DNA from: Halogeometricum borinquense DSM 11551
GTDB lineage: Archaea; Halobacteriota; Halobacteria; Halobacteriales; Haloferacaceae
DNA: 32,000 nt
Reading direction: 5' to 3'
NCBI RefSeq assembly: GCF_000172995.2
Contig: NC_014729.1
Coordinates: forward strand, 1,380,001-1,412,000
The notes under the pieces are model-generated. The model made no database searches. It saw only the letters and a program-made list of their open reading frames with translations, and was not told the DNA's origin. Below, in pieces: positions 14,398 through 23,471 of this stretch. Position numbers and translations under genes: made by a program. The first letter of the stretch is position 1. Each line of letters opens with the position of its first letter.

Positions 14398-15837
14398 ATG
14401 AGCACTGATGACCGAATCTCACGGCGGAGCGTTCTCTCGACGCTCGGGGCGGCGGGCGTGACGGGTTTTGCGGGCTGTGCCGGTGGCGATAACGGTGGTA
14501 CTGACCAGACAACGACCGGTACAGACGGCGAAACGATGGCAGGTGAGGGCGACGCGACAGGAACCACGACCGGGTCCGCGGGCGGCGCGTCCGGAACGGT
14601 CAAGCTCGGCGTCATTCAGCCGATGTCAACTGACCTGAAGTACTACGGCATGCAGGCGCTCTGGGGCTTTTTCTCCGGCATGGCGTACAAAGGAGACACC
14701 GATCCGGTGACAGGAATCGAGTCGGGCGAGTACACCGTCTCCGTCGGCGGTGTGGACTACGAGTTGTACGTCCGAGACACGAAGTTCTCCGCTGATACGG
14801 CGCAGACGTTGGCGACGGACCTCGTGCAGAGCGAAGATGTGGACATGCTCGTCGGTTGTGCGTCGTCGGGTGCCGCCTCCCGCGTCATCACCACGGTCGC
14901 AAAGCAAGCGAACGTGCCGTACATGGTCGGCCCCGCCGCCTCGGCAGATATCACAGGGAATTCGAAGACGTGCGGTGACATGATATTCCGTGCCGCAGAG
15001 AACACTGCGATGGATGCCCGCTCCGGCGGGAAGTACGTCGCACAGGAGACGGACGTACAGCAGGTGTATCTGTTCGGTGCGGACTACTCGTTCGGGCGCG
15101 CGGTCGTCAACAACTACGAGTCGGTATTGAAGGCCAACAACGTCGAAATCGTCGGTAAGAAGTTCGTCCAACAGGGCTACTCCGAGTGGAAGGGCTTGTT
15201 GGACAAAGCGTCCGAGGCGGGCGCGCAGGGTATCGTCGGCGGGTTCACCGTCTCCACGCTCCCGGCACTGTTCACAACGTACCTCAACGGCGACTACAAC
15301 TACCGCGTCTTCGGCGGATTCGCCACCGAAATCACGACTTCGGTGGTCGGTCAGACCCTCCAGAAAGTGTTCGGCAAGCCCTTGACGGAGCAGAAACTTC
15401 AGGGGAAACAGTTCGGACCGTTCACGACCCGCTATCACTGGAATCAGTACGATAACGACATCAACAGCGCGTTCGTGGACATGTACTCGAAGGCGTACGG
15501 GCGGGTTCCGGACCTGTTCACGTCGGGGATGTTCACCGCCGCCTCGGCTATCGTGCAGGCAGTCGAGGAGTCGGGGTCCACCGAGGGCGCGGACATCGCG
15601 TCGTCTTTGCGCGGCATGACCGTCGCGGAGACGCCGAAAGGGACCGATGGCTACGCGTTCCAGAAGTACAACAATCAGGCTCGCTCGGCGATGACCGTCG
15701 CGGACCCCGTTCCGATCACCGACGAGTGGAAAGACCAGTGGGGCGCGGCTATCATGCCGTCAGACCCCGTTGCCCGCATCGACGCGTCCGAGACGACGAT
15801 TCCCTCGGACGCCGAGGAGATGGGCTGTTCCCTCTAA
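14398..15837 (+). CDS. Liv-type (branched-chain amino acid/organic acid family) ABC transporter substrate-binding lipoprotein with a Tat signal
   Basis: Twin-arginine signal and lipobox (RRSVLSTLGAAGVTGFAGC), a Thr/Gly-rich linker, then a periplasmic-binding-protein type I body (KLGVIQPMS...). AGGAGG lies 2-7 nt upstream of the ATG at 14398. Confidence 0.88.
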   Translation: MSTDDRISRRSVLSTLGAAGVTGFAGCAGGDNGGTDQTTTGTDGETMAGEGDATGTTTGSAGGASGTVKLGVIQPMSTDLKYYGMQALWGFFSGMAYKGDTDPVTGIESGEYTVSVGGVDYELYVRDTKFSADTAQTLATDLVQSEDVDMLVGCASSGAASRVITTVAKQANVPYMVGPAASADITGNSKTCGDMIFRAAENTAMDARSGGKYVAQETDVQQVYLFGADYSFGRAVVNNYESVLKANNVEIVGKKFVQQGYSEWKGLLDKASEAGAQGIVGGFTVSTLPALFTTYLNGDYNYRVFGGFATEITTSVVGQTLQKVFGKPLTEQKLQGKQFGPFTTRYHWNQYDNDINSAFVDMYSKAYGRVPDLFTSGMFTAASAIVQAVEESGSTEGADIASSLRGMTVAETPKGTDGYAFQKYNNQARSAMTVADPVPITDEWKDQWGAAIMPSDPVARIDASETTIPSDAEEMGCSL

Positions 15838-15843
15838 TCGAGG

Positions 15844-16710
15844 ATGCTCCGAACGACTGGTCTGACGAAGACGTTCGGCGGCCTCACCGCCGTCGATGGT
15901 GTCGATTTCGAACTCGGCGGAGACGAACTCTGCTCGCTCATCGGCCCGAACGGCGCGGGGAAGACGACGTTTTTCAACCTGCTGACGGGTGCGCTCACCG
16001 CCACTGCGGGAACTATCGAGTTCCGTCGGGGGTCAGAGAGCAGTCGCGAAGACGGCGGAAGCGACACCGACGGCGCGTGGCAAGATATCACGACGGCGGC
16101 CCCGCACGAGACGGCGGCGATGGGAATCCACCGATCCTACCAGATCACGAACGTCTTCCCGACGAGTACGGTGTTCGAGAACGTTCGAATCGCCGCGCAG
16201 GCAAACGGCGACGACGCGACGACGTTCTGGCGAAACGCCAACCATTACGACGAGTACGAGACGGAGGCACGAGCGATTCTGGAACGTGTCGGCCTCACCG
16301 AGCACGCGAGCGTTCCCGCGTCATCGCTCAGCCACGGCGAAAAAAGACAGTTGGAGGTTGGCATTGCCCTCGCGGGCGACCCCGACGTACTTCTGTTGGA
16401 CGAACCGAATGCGGGCGTCTCCTCGGAGAGCGTCGGCGATATCATCGACCTCATCGAGGACGTAGCGACGGACCACGCCGTCCTGCTGGTCGAACACAAC
16501 ATGGATATCGTGATGAACGTCTCCGACCGTGTCGTCGTCCTCAACCAAGGGAAACTCATCGCGGATGGGTCGCCCGCTGACGTGCGGGATAACGAGGCGG
16601 TCCAACGCGCCTATCTCGGCGGTTACGAGTCCGGAACGCGACACAGTAGCGAGTCTGACGGCGCCGATGCACCGGATGAAGAGTCAGCATCTGCGGAGGG
16701 ATCAGTGTGA
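15844..16710 (+). CDS. ABC transporter ATP-binding protein, LivG-like
   Basis: Walker A GPNGAGKTT, signature LSHGEKRQLEVGIAL, Walker B VLLLDEPNAG, H-loop LLVEHNMD. An acidic insertion follows Walker A, and the tail is acidic. Confidence 0.92.
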   Translation: MLRTTGLTKTFGGLTAVDGVDFELGGDELCSLIGPNGAGKTTFFNLLTGALTATAGTIEFRRGSESSREDGGSDTDGAWQDITTAAPHETAAMGIHRSYQITNVFPTSTVFENVRIAAQANGDDATTFWRNANHYDEYETEARAILERVGLTEHASVPASSLSHGEKRQLEVGIALAGDPDVLLLDEPNAGVSSESVGDIIDLIEDVATDHAVLLVEHNMDIVMNVSDRVVVLNQGKLIADGSPADVRDNEAVQRAYLGGYESGTRHSSESDGADAPDEESASAEGSV

Positions 16711-17411
16711 CCGACACGCTCCTCGAAGTCGAGGATGTCCACGCCTACTACGGCGACAGCCACGTCCTCGAAGGCGTCACGCTCGACGTGAACGAGGGCG
16801 AAGTCGTCGCCCTCGTCGGGCGGAACGGCGTCGGCAAAACGACCACGCTCCGCTCGATTATGCAACTCACGCCGCCGCGAAAGGGAAGCGTCCGCTACCG
16901 CGGAACGGAACTCGCCGGGTTACGGACGCACGAGGTCGCAGACAGGGGTCTCGGGTGGATTCCCGAGGACCGGCGGATGTTCTCGCAACTGACGGTTGAG
17001 GAGAATATCCGCGTGGCCGTCCCCGACGCCGAAAACGTCTCCGCGGGTCTCGAACGTGCGTTCGAGACGTTCTCCGACTTGCGCGACCACCGCAAGCAGA
17101 AGGCTGGATCGCTCTCGGGCGGCCAACAGCAGATGCTCGCCATCGCTCGCGGTCTCGTCGGGGAAAACGACCTGCTGCTCGTTGACGAACCCTCGGAAGG
17201 ACTCGCACCGCTCATCGTGGAGGCGGTGGCCGACGCGCTCACGGCGGCCGCAGCAGAGACCACGCTCCTTCTCGTCGAACAGAATCTCCCGCTGGCGCTC
17301 GACCTCGCGGACCGTTTCTACGTCCTCGACCACGGCACCGTGGTCGATTCGGGCGAGACGGCGAACGTCTCGGCGGACGACGAACGACTCAGACGGTACC
17401 TCTCGGCATGA
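16707..17411 (+). CDS. ABC transporter ATP-binding protein, LivF-like
   Basis: Walker A GRNGVGKTT, signature LSGGQQQMLAIARGL, Walker B LLLVDEPSEGL. The GTG start overlaps the upstream stop by 4 nt (GTGA). Confidence 0.92.
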   Translation: MTDTLLEVEDVHAYYGDSHVLEGVTLDVNEGEVVALVGRNGVGKTTTLRSIMQLTPPRKGSVRYRGTELAGLRTHEVADRGLGWIPEDRRMFSQLTVEENIRVAVPDAENVSAGLERAFETFSDLRDHRKQKAGSLSGGQQQMLAIARGLVGENDLLLVDEPSEGLAPLIVEAVADALTAAAAETTLLLVEQNLPLALDLADRFYVLDHGTVVDSGETANVSADDERLRRYLSA

Positions 17412-17457
17412 CCACTGAACGCACGCTCAGCACAGCACACACGTACGTATCATACCC

Positions 17458-18471
17458 ATGAACGCACTACTCACCGCACCGCTGTTTCTGGACGCGCTCG
17501 GCGATTTCCTCACGCTGGAGACGCTCTCGTCGGTCCTCGTCAATGGACTGTCGAAAGCGGCGCTCTACGTGATGCTCGCAAGCGGCCTCACGCTCATCTT
17601 CGGCCTGATGGGCGTCCTCAACTTCGCGCACGGGTCGCTGACCATGATCGGCGCGTATCTCGGCGGCCTCGTCATGGTCGTCCTCGCCGGTTCTGCGGCG
17701 GGGCCGGGGACGCGCTTTTTGGCCTTCTTCGCCGCTGTCGCCGTCGCGTTCGCGGCGCTGTCGGCGCTCGGGGCCGTTCTCGAAGTCGGCCTGATACGGA
17801 CGCTATACGACCGTCCCCCGCTGTACCAGATTCTACTCACGTTCGGTCTGACGCTGATGCTGGACGAACTGGCCCGCATCGTCGTCTCGTTCTACGGCCT
17901 TCAGCCAATCTCGGACTGGCAGGCCGCCTTCGCCACGAAACCGCAGATACTCGTCCAGCAGGTTGATCTCGGCATCATCTCGGTGTCGGGACTCGCTCTG
18001 TTCGAGATTCTGTTCGGAGTCCTCACTGTCGTCGCCATCTGGGCGTTTCTGACGCAGACGCGCTACGGGCTGTACATCCGCGCTGGCTCCGAGGATGCGG
18101 AGATGATCGAAGCACTCGGCGTGGACGTGCGGCGCGTCTTCACGTTTGTCTTCGCTATCGGCGTCGGTATCGCGGGCGTCGCGGGTGTTCTCCTCGCATG
18201 GGATCCGAGTTGGGGTGCGAGCGTCCCCCTTGCCGCCGAGACGCTGCTCCCGGCGTTTGTCGTCGTCATCGTCGGCGGTCTGGGAACGTTCCGCGGCACC
18301 GTCGTCGCCGGAACCATCGTCGGTCTCGTGGACGCGACCATGACGTGGTGGTTCCAGAACGCCATCGCGTTCACCGGCCTGCCGCAGTTGACTATCTTTC
18401 TCATCCTCGTCGTGGTGTTGATTCTGAAACCGCAGGGTTTGTTCGGCGTCGAGGAGGTGGGGGGCCATTAG
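17458..18471 (+). CDS. Branched-chain-type ABC transporter permease, LivH-like
   Basis: Polytopic hydrophobic protein. LTLIFGLMGVLNFAHGSLTMIGAY is the conserved LivH N-terminal motif. Confidence 0.9.
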   Translation: MNALLTAPLFLDALGDFLTLETLSSVLVNGLSKAALYVMLASGLTLIFGLMGVLNFAHGSLTMIGAYLGGLVMVVLAGSAAGPGTRFLAFFAAVAVAFAALSALGAVLEVGLIRTLYDRPPLYQILLTFGLTLMLDELARIVVSFYGLQPISDWQAAFATKPQILVQQVDLGIISVSGLALFEILFGVLTVVAIWAFLTQTRYGLYIRAGSEDAEMIEALGVDVRRVFTFVFAIGVGIAGVAGVLLAWDPSWGASVPLAAETLLPAFVVVIVGGLGTFRGTVVAGTIVGLVDATMTWWFQNAIAFTGLPQLTIFLILVVVLILKPQGLFGVEEVGGH

Positions 18472-18502
18472 CGTCAGTTTCGGTCTCCGCGACGGCGAGG
18501 AC

Positions 18503-19783
18503 GTGGCGTGGCCCGTCCAGTACCTCCGCGATCACGCCGTCCACCTTGCTGTTATCGCCTTCTTCGCGGCGTATCCGGGCGTCTACGCCGTCCTAACGAA
18601 CTCTCCGGTCGGACAGGAGATGGCGTATCTCCTCCCGCGCGTGGAGACGATGATTGCTGTCTTCTATTTCGGCCTGTTCGCCATGTCGTTCGATTTCATC
18701 TCGGGCTACACCGGCTATCTCTCCTTCGGCCATGCGGCGTTCTACGGTGCAGGGGCTTATCTGGTCGTCCTCGCCTCGAACGGGAAGATACCGTTCGTCC
18801 CGGTAGATACGCCGTTCGTCGCGCTGCTCGTTCTCGGTGGATTCGTCGCCCTCGCCCTCGCTGTCATCATCGGCGTGGTGTCGTTCCGCCTCACGGGTGT
18901 CTACTTCGCCATGATCACTCTCGGCTTCTCGCAGGTACTCTACGTCTTCATCCGTGATTGGGACTACGTGGGTTCGAATCCGCGTGACGGTATTGCCGTT
19001 CTCGAACGCACCGCGCCGTTCAATATCGGCGTTCCCGGCGTGGACGCGCTCAACTTGGCCATCGGCCAACTCGCCGGCGAATCCGTCGAGGGCTTCCTCG
19101 GCTTTCTCACCTTTTCGCCCGCTGAGGTGTCCTACTACATGGTCGGACTGGTCGTCGCCGGCTGCTACTTCGCGCTCCAGCGCATCGTCCACTCGCCGTT
19201 CGGTCGCGTCCTCATCGCCATCCGCGAGAACGAGGAACGCGCTCGTGCCGTCGGCTACGACACGTTCCGCTACAAACTCGGCGCGTTCGCTCTGAGCGCG
19301 TTCTTTGCTGGCGTCGCGGGCGGCCTATTCGCGGGCTTCCGTCGGTCGGTCACACCCGAGAACAGTTTCTACTTCCTCGTCGCCGGCGACGCGCTACTAG
19401 CCGCTATTATCGGCGGATTCGGCACTATCGCCGGTCCGCTCTTCGGCCGCCTGTTCGACGAGACCATCAGAGAGTTCCTGTCGAAGGGCGGTGAAGGCGG
19501 TGGACTCCTCCCGTTCATCGACGACACCCTCGGCGAGGCGACCCTCTCGACTGTCCTCTACGACGGCCTGACTGTCAATCGGGCAATCGATACGTTCCTG
19601 AACGGCCACGCGGCCCTGTATCTGGGAATCGTGTTCGTCCTGTTCGTCCTCTACGTGCCGAACGGACTGCTCGGAACGCTTCGTGACAGACTCGGCGGCA
19701 CGGTTGCGGATAGACTTCCCGCCCGCGCCGTTCACCTTGTTCGCGCTCGAACTGTCGATCAATCCACGAGCGACGACGACTGA
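18503..19783 (+). CDS. Branched-chain-type ABC transporter permease, LivM-like
   Basis: Polytopic membrane protein. GYTGYLSFGHAAFYGAGAY and IAIRENEERARAVGY are conserved LivM motifs. GTG start; the exact start is uncertain. Confidence 0.88.
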   Translation: MAWPVQYLRDHAVHLAVIAFFAAYPGVYAVLTNSPVGQEMAYLLPRVETMIAVFYFGLFAMSFDFISGYTGYLSFGHAAFYGAGAYLVVLASNGKIPFVPVDTPFVALLVLGGFVALALAVIIGVVSFRLTGVYFAMITLGFSQVLYVFIRDWDYVGSNPRDGIAVLERTAPFNIGVPGVDALNLAIGQLAGESVEGFLGFLTFSPAEVSYYMVGLVVAGCYFALQRIVHSPFGRVLIAIRENEERARAVGYDTFRYKLGAFALSAFFAGVAGGLFAGFRRSVTPENSFYFLVAGDALLAAIIGGFGTIAGPLFGRLFDETIREFLSKGGEGGGLLPFIDDTLGEATLSTVLYDGLTVNRAIDTFLNGHAALYLGIVFVLFVLYVPNGLLGTLRDRLGGTVADRLPARAVHLVRARTVDQSTSDDD

Positions 19784-19816
19784 CCACCATACGGACCCGC
19801 ATTACACCTATCACAG

Positions 19817-20851
19817 ATGCACGACGTACATCTCACCGGCTTCGGGACGTACGTTCCCGACGAAACCGTTACCGGCGAACAGATTGCAGACCGAAGCGGC
19901 ATCCCCGAGACTGTCGTCGTCGAGAAGATGGGAATCCGCGAGAAACACGTCTGTCTCCCCGACGATGACCACGTCTCGGATATGAGCGTCGCCGCCGCCG
20001 AGGAGGCGATTGCGGACGCCGGTTGCTCGCCCGGCGATCTCGATTTAGTTCTCTATCACGGCAGCGAGTACAAAGACTACGTCGTCTGGAACGCGGCCGC
20101 AGACGTCGCAGAACGCATTGGGGCGGACAACGCATACGCACACGAATCGTACACGCTCTGTGCAGGCGCGCCCGTCGCCATCCGCCACACAGCGGCGCAA
20201 CTCCGTACTGGTGACATCGATACCGCCCTTCTGCTCGGTGCGAGTCGGGAGGAAGACCTCGTAGACTACGACAACGACCGGTCGTCGTTCATGTTCAACT
20301 TTGGCTCCGGCGCGTCCGCGATGGTGCTTGAATCAACCGCTATCGAAGGTGTCGAAGAGCGCTCATGCGCTCGCGTACTGAAGAGTGCCGCCGTCACGGA
20401 CGGTCGTTTCGCCCTTGATGTGATTCTGCCTGCTGGAGGGTCGAAACATCCGCCAAGCGATGAAACCGTCAGCGAGGGACTGCACACCCTCGACGTCCCG
20501 AATCACGAGTCGATGAAGGAACGCCTCGCGGCGGTGAGTCTCCCGAACTTCCTTACTGTCGCCGACGACGCCCTCGAAGCGTCAGGATACGACCGCACAG
20601 ACCTTGATTTCGTCGCGTTGACCCACATGAAACGGTCGTTCCACGAACACCTCATCGACGAGTTGGGCGTCGGATCCGCGGGGAGTTACTACCTCGATGC
20701 GTTCGGTCACGCCCAGAGCGCAGACCAGATTCTCGCCATCGACGCCGCTCTCGATGCGGGCGATGGCCCGACCGACGGCGACGTGGTTCTGTTCCTTGCC
20801 GCCGGAACGGGGTACACGTGGGCCGCAACGGTACTCGAATGGCGTGCGTGA
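19817..20851 (+). CDS. Beta-ketoacyl synthase III (FabH/thiolase-fold)-like condensing enzyme
   Basis: FabH-like N-terminus (LTGFGTYVPDETVTGEQIA), active-site Cys context (YTLCAGAP, Cys115), a downstream ALTHMK His, and FGHAQSAD where FabH has the GN(T/S)SAAS Asn. Confidence 0.82.
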   Translation: MHDVHLTGFGTYVPDETVTGEQIADRSGIPETVVVEKMGIREKHVCLPDDDHVSDMSVAAAEEAIADAGCSPGDLDLVLYHGSEYKDYVVWNAAADVAERIGADNAYAHESYTLCAGAPVAIRHTAAQLRTGDIDTALLLGASREEDLVDYDNDRSSFMFNFGSGASAMVLESTAIEGVEERSCARVLKSAAVTDGRFALDVILPAGGSKHPPSDETVSEGLHTLDVPNHESMKERLAAVSLPNFLTVADDALEASGYDRTDLDFVALTHMKRSFHEHLIDELGVGSAGSYYLDAFGHAQSADQILAIDAALDAGDGPTDGDVVLFLAAGTGYTWAATVLEWRA

Positions 20852-20956
20852 CGACACGCAAATGCAACTGCATCGAGTGGCGTTCGTGACACCAACACGA
20901 CACCATACGCTGCCGCAATCGGCGGTGTTTAACGCCCGGCGGACCATGCCTCAAAC

Positions 20957-21355
20957 GTGACAGAGTTCGCATACGAATCTAAACTTGATGTTCGTTTCCG
21001 CGACCTCGATCCGGTGGGGCACGTGAACAACGCCGTTTACGCGACCTACTGCGAACAGGCGCGAATCGACTACTTCCAGGACGCACTGAAAGTCGAGGGT
21101 TCCGACGTGAACACGGTTCTTGCGAACGTCGAGATAAACTACCGAAAACCGATAGAAGGTCTCGGCGAACTCACTATTGCCCTTGGCGTTAGTGAGGTCG
21201 GAAACACGTCATTCGAGATGGAATACGAACTCTCCTTCGAGGACGAAGTCGTCGCCACCGCCTCCTCCGTCCAGGTCGTCATCGATCCCGAGACGAAGGA
21301 ACCAGCACCCATTCCGAATGAGTGGCGCGAGCGAATCGAGAACTTCGATATCTGA
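20957..21355 (+). CDS. Acyl-CoA thioesterase, 4HBT/YbgC-like hotdog fold
   Basis: VRFRDLDPVGHVNNAVYATYCEQARIDYF is the canonical 4HBT-family N-terminal catalytic region. 132 aa, GTG start. Confidence 0.85.
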   Translation: MTEFAYESKLDVRFRDLDPVGHVNNAVYATYCEQARIDYFQDALKVEGSDVNTVLANVEINYRKPIEGLGELTIALGVSEVGNTSFEMEYELSFEDEVVATASSVQVVIDPETKEPAPIPNEWRERIENFDI

Positions 21356-21433
21356 CCCCTCTCTTTTCTGCTGTCTTCCACTCGTTTTCCGCCAAACCCG
21401 CGGATTTTTCACCTTGACGGATAATCTCCCAGT

Positions 21434-21916
21434 ATGCCCGAGAACGCCCTGGAGTCCGAACAGAGTCACAACGGTTCGGCCGGTGACTCCTCGCTCGCCG
21501 CGCGGGCGGGCGAACGCGTCCTCCGAATCGGGGCCGACCGCCCCATCCGAATCAGTGCCGGACACCGCCTCATGCACCACGATGGAAAGTGCAGTCGGCC
21601 GCACGGCCACAACTACGAAATCTCCGTCGAAGTAACCGGCCAACTCACCGACGAAGGATGGATCGTGGACAAAGGCGAGGTGACCACTGTCATAGACGAG
21701 TGGGACCACCGATTCCTCGTGGAGACGGGTGATCCCCTCGTCTCGGCGTTCGAAGCCAGCGGCGACGCCGACTCGCTGGTCGTTCTCGACGCGCCGCCGA
21801 CGGCCGAGGTGATGGCCGTTCTTCTCGAAGACAAACTTCGGGCCCGACTCCCCGATTCGGTTTCGGATGTCGCCGTCGAGGTGCGCGAGACGGGCGAACT
21901 CTGCGCGAGTTACTAG
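21434..21916 (+). CDS. queD: 6-carboxy-5,6,7,8-tetrahydropterin synthase (QueD/PTPS family)
   Basis: SAGHRLMHHDGKCSRPHGHNYEISVEVTG carries the PTPS/QueD Zn-binding His and Cys motif. It directly precedes queE and queC. The N-terminal about 25 aa may be over-extended. Confidence 0.88.
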   Translation: MPENALESEQSHNGSAGDSSLAARAGERVLRIGADRPIRISAGHRLMHHDGKCSRPHGHNYEISVEVTGQLTDEGWIVDKGEVTTVIDEWDHRFLVETGDPLVSAFEASGDADSLVVLDAPPTAEVMAVLLEDKLRARLPDSVSDVAVEVRETGELCASY

Positions 21917-21917
21917 T

Positions 21918-22691
21918 ATGCCCGTCACCTCACACGTCGAACGGCCCGACGACACGCCCGACGGTCCGGCGTTGCCGATCAACGAACTGTTCGCCTCCTT
22001 GCAGGGTGAGGGGAAACTCGTCGGCGTTCCGAGTACGTTCGTTCGGACCAGCGGCTGTAACCTCCGGTGTTGGTTCTGCGACTCCTATCATACCTCGTGG
22101 GAGCCAACGCACGCGTGGATGGGCGTCGATGAAATTGTGAGTGCGGTCACCGCACGCGATCCGGACCACGTCGTTCTCACGGGCGGCGAACCGTTGATTC
22201 ACGACGAGACCGCACCGCTTCTCGAACGCCTCGCAGAGCACGGCTACCACGTCACCGTCGAGACGAACGGGACGCTCGTTCCCGACGCGCCTATCGACCT
22301 GGCGTCGATCAGTCCGAAGCTTTCAACGTCCACGCCGACCCCGGAGAACGCGCCCGACGGCGTGGATGTCGGCGAGTGGGAAGCACGACACGAGGAGTCC
22401 CGAATCAATCTCGACAGCCTCGCCACGCTGGTCGAACGGCACGAGTTTCAGTTGAAGTTCGTCGTCACCGGTCCCGAGGATATGCCCGAGATCGAGAATC
22501 TCGTCGCGGACCTGCGCGGCGTCGCTGACGCCGAGATTCACGATGACGACGTGCTTCTCATGCCCGAAGGACAGACCCGCGAGAAGTTGGCGGCGACCCG
22601 GAACGTCGTTGCCGACCTCGCACTCGAATACGGCTATCGCTACACTCCGCGTCTCCACGTTGATTTGTGGAACGACGCACCCGAGACGTAA
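21918..22691 (+). CDS. queE: 7-carboxy-7-deazaguanine synthase (radical SAM QueE)
   Basis: INELFASLQGEGKLVGVPSTFVRTSGCNLRCWFCDS is the QueE radical-SAM cluster motif. Start set at the ATG at 21918, 2 nt after the queD stop, rather than at 21867, which overlaps queD. Confidence 0.9.
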   Translation: MPVTSHVERPDDTPDGPALPINELFASLQGEGKLVGVPSTFVRTSGCNLRCWFCDSYHTSWEPTHAWMGVDEIVSAVTARDPDHVVLTGGEPLIHDETAPLLERLAEHGYHVTVETNGTLVPDAPIDLASISPKLSTSTPTPENAPDGVDVGEWEARHEESRINLDSLATLVERHEFQLKFVVTGPEDMPEIENLVADLRGVADAEIHDDDVLLMPEGQTREKLAATRNVVADLALEYGYRYTPRLHVDLWNDAPET

Positions 22692-22712
22692 TTGATCTGA
22701 ACAACACAGACC

Positions 22713-23438
22713 ATGAGCAATACAGATATGACCGATTCCGACGACCGACAGACCGCCGTCGTCCTCCTCTCCGGTGGCATGGACAGTGCGACGACCGCCT
22801 ACGAGGCGAAAGCCCGCGGCTACGACCTCTACTGCCTGCACACCTCGTACGGCCAGAAGACCGAGACCAAAGAGTACGACTGCGCGACGCAACTCGCCGA
22901 GGAACTCGACGCCGAGGAGTTCCTCCACATCGAGACGGATCACCTCTCGGATATCGGCGCATCCAGCCTCACGGACGACGAAATCGACGTGGAAGATGCC
23001 GATATGGACGCCGAGGAGATTCCGACCTCGTACGTCCCGTTCCGAAACGCCAATCTCCTCTCGATGGCCGTTTCCTTCGCCGAGGCGAACGACTGCGACG
23101 CCGTGTTCGTCGGCGCGCATTCGGAGGACTACGCGGGCTACCCCGACTGCCGACCCGAGTTCTTCGAGGCGTTCGAGGCGATGGTCGATACCGGGACGAA
23201 ACCCGAGACGAACATCGACATCGAAGTCCCGTTCGTCACTGACTCGAAGACGGACATCGCTCAGCGGGGCCGCGAACTCGACGTTCCGTTCGAGCACACG
23301 TGGTCTTGCTACCGCGCCGAGGAACCCGCCTGCGGAACCTGCGACTCCTGCGCGTACCGCTTGCAGGCGTTCCGGAACGTCGGCATGCGCGACCCGATTC
23401 CGTACGCGGAGCGTCCCGAGTACGCCGAGTCCGAGTAG
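22713..23438 (+). CDS. queC: 7-cyano-7-deazaguanine (preQ0) synthase
   Basis: PP-loop VVLLSGGMDSATTA and the C-terminal Zn cluster, WSCY...CGTCDSCAYR. Confidence 0.93.
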   Translation: MSNTDMTDSDDRQTAVVLLSGGMDSATTAYEAKARGYDLYCLHTSYGQKTETKEYDCATQLAEELDAEEFLHIETDHLSDIGASSLTDDEIDVEDADMDAEEIPTSYVPFRNANLLSMAVSFAEANDCDAVFVGAHSEDYAGYPDCRPEFFEAFEAMVDTGTKPETNIDIEVPFVTDSKTDIAQRGRELDVPFEHTWSCYRAEEPACGTCDSCAYRLQAFRNVGMRDPIPYAERPEYAESE

Positions 23439-23471
23439 GGTACGCCGAGTCCGAGTAGGGTACGCCGAGTC
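23421..23471 (+). repeat. 20-bp tandem repeat (about 2.5 copies) duplicating the last codons and TAG stop of queC
   Basis: TACGCCGAGTCCGAGTAGGG at 23421-23440 and 23441-23460, then TACGCCGAGTC at 23461-23471. The queC stop codon is 23436-23438, inside copy 1. Confidence 0.9.

Noticed and set aside
15844-16710. An acidic insertion after Walker A and an unusual LSHGEKRQ signature in the LivG-like ATPase, as a possible functional oddity.
   Set aside because: LivG-family ATPases naturally have LS-x-G-x-x-R-type signatures. Short acidic insertions and tails are common halophile adaptations. Not distinctive enough to flag.
21867-21917. An upstream start for queE at 21867, overlapping queD by 50 nt.
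   Set aside because: The added residues (MSPSRCARRANSARVTS) are basic and not conserved-looking. The ATG at 21918 follows the queD stop by 2 nt and gives a normal QueE N-terminus.
21434-23438. queD-queE-queC as part of a 7-deazaguanine DNA-modification (Dpd-like) defence system.
   Set aside because: No tgt/dpdA-like transglycosylase, helicase or other dpd-type genes adjoin the cluster. In Archaea these three genes are the standard preQ0 branch of archaeosine tRNA modification. I treat it as ordinary housekeeping.
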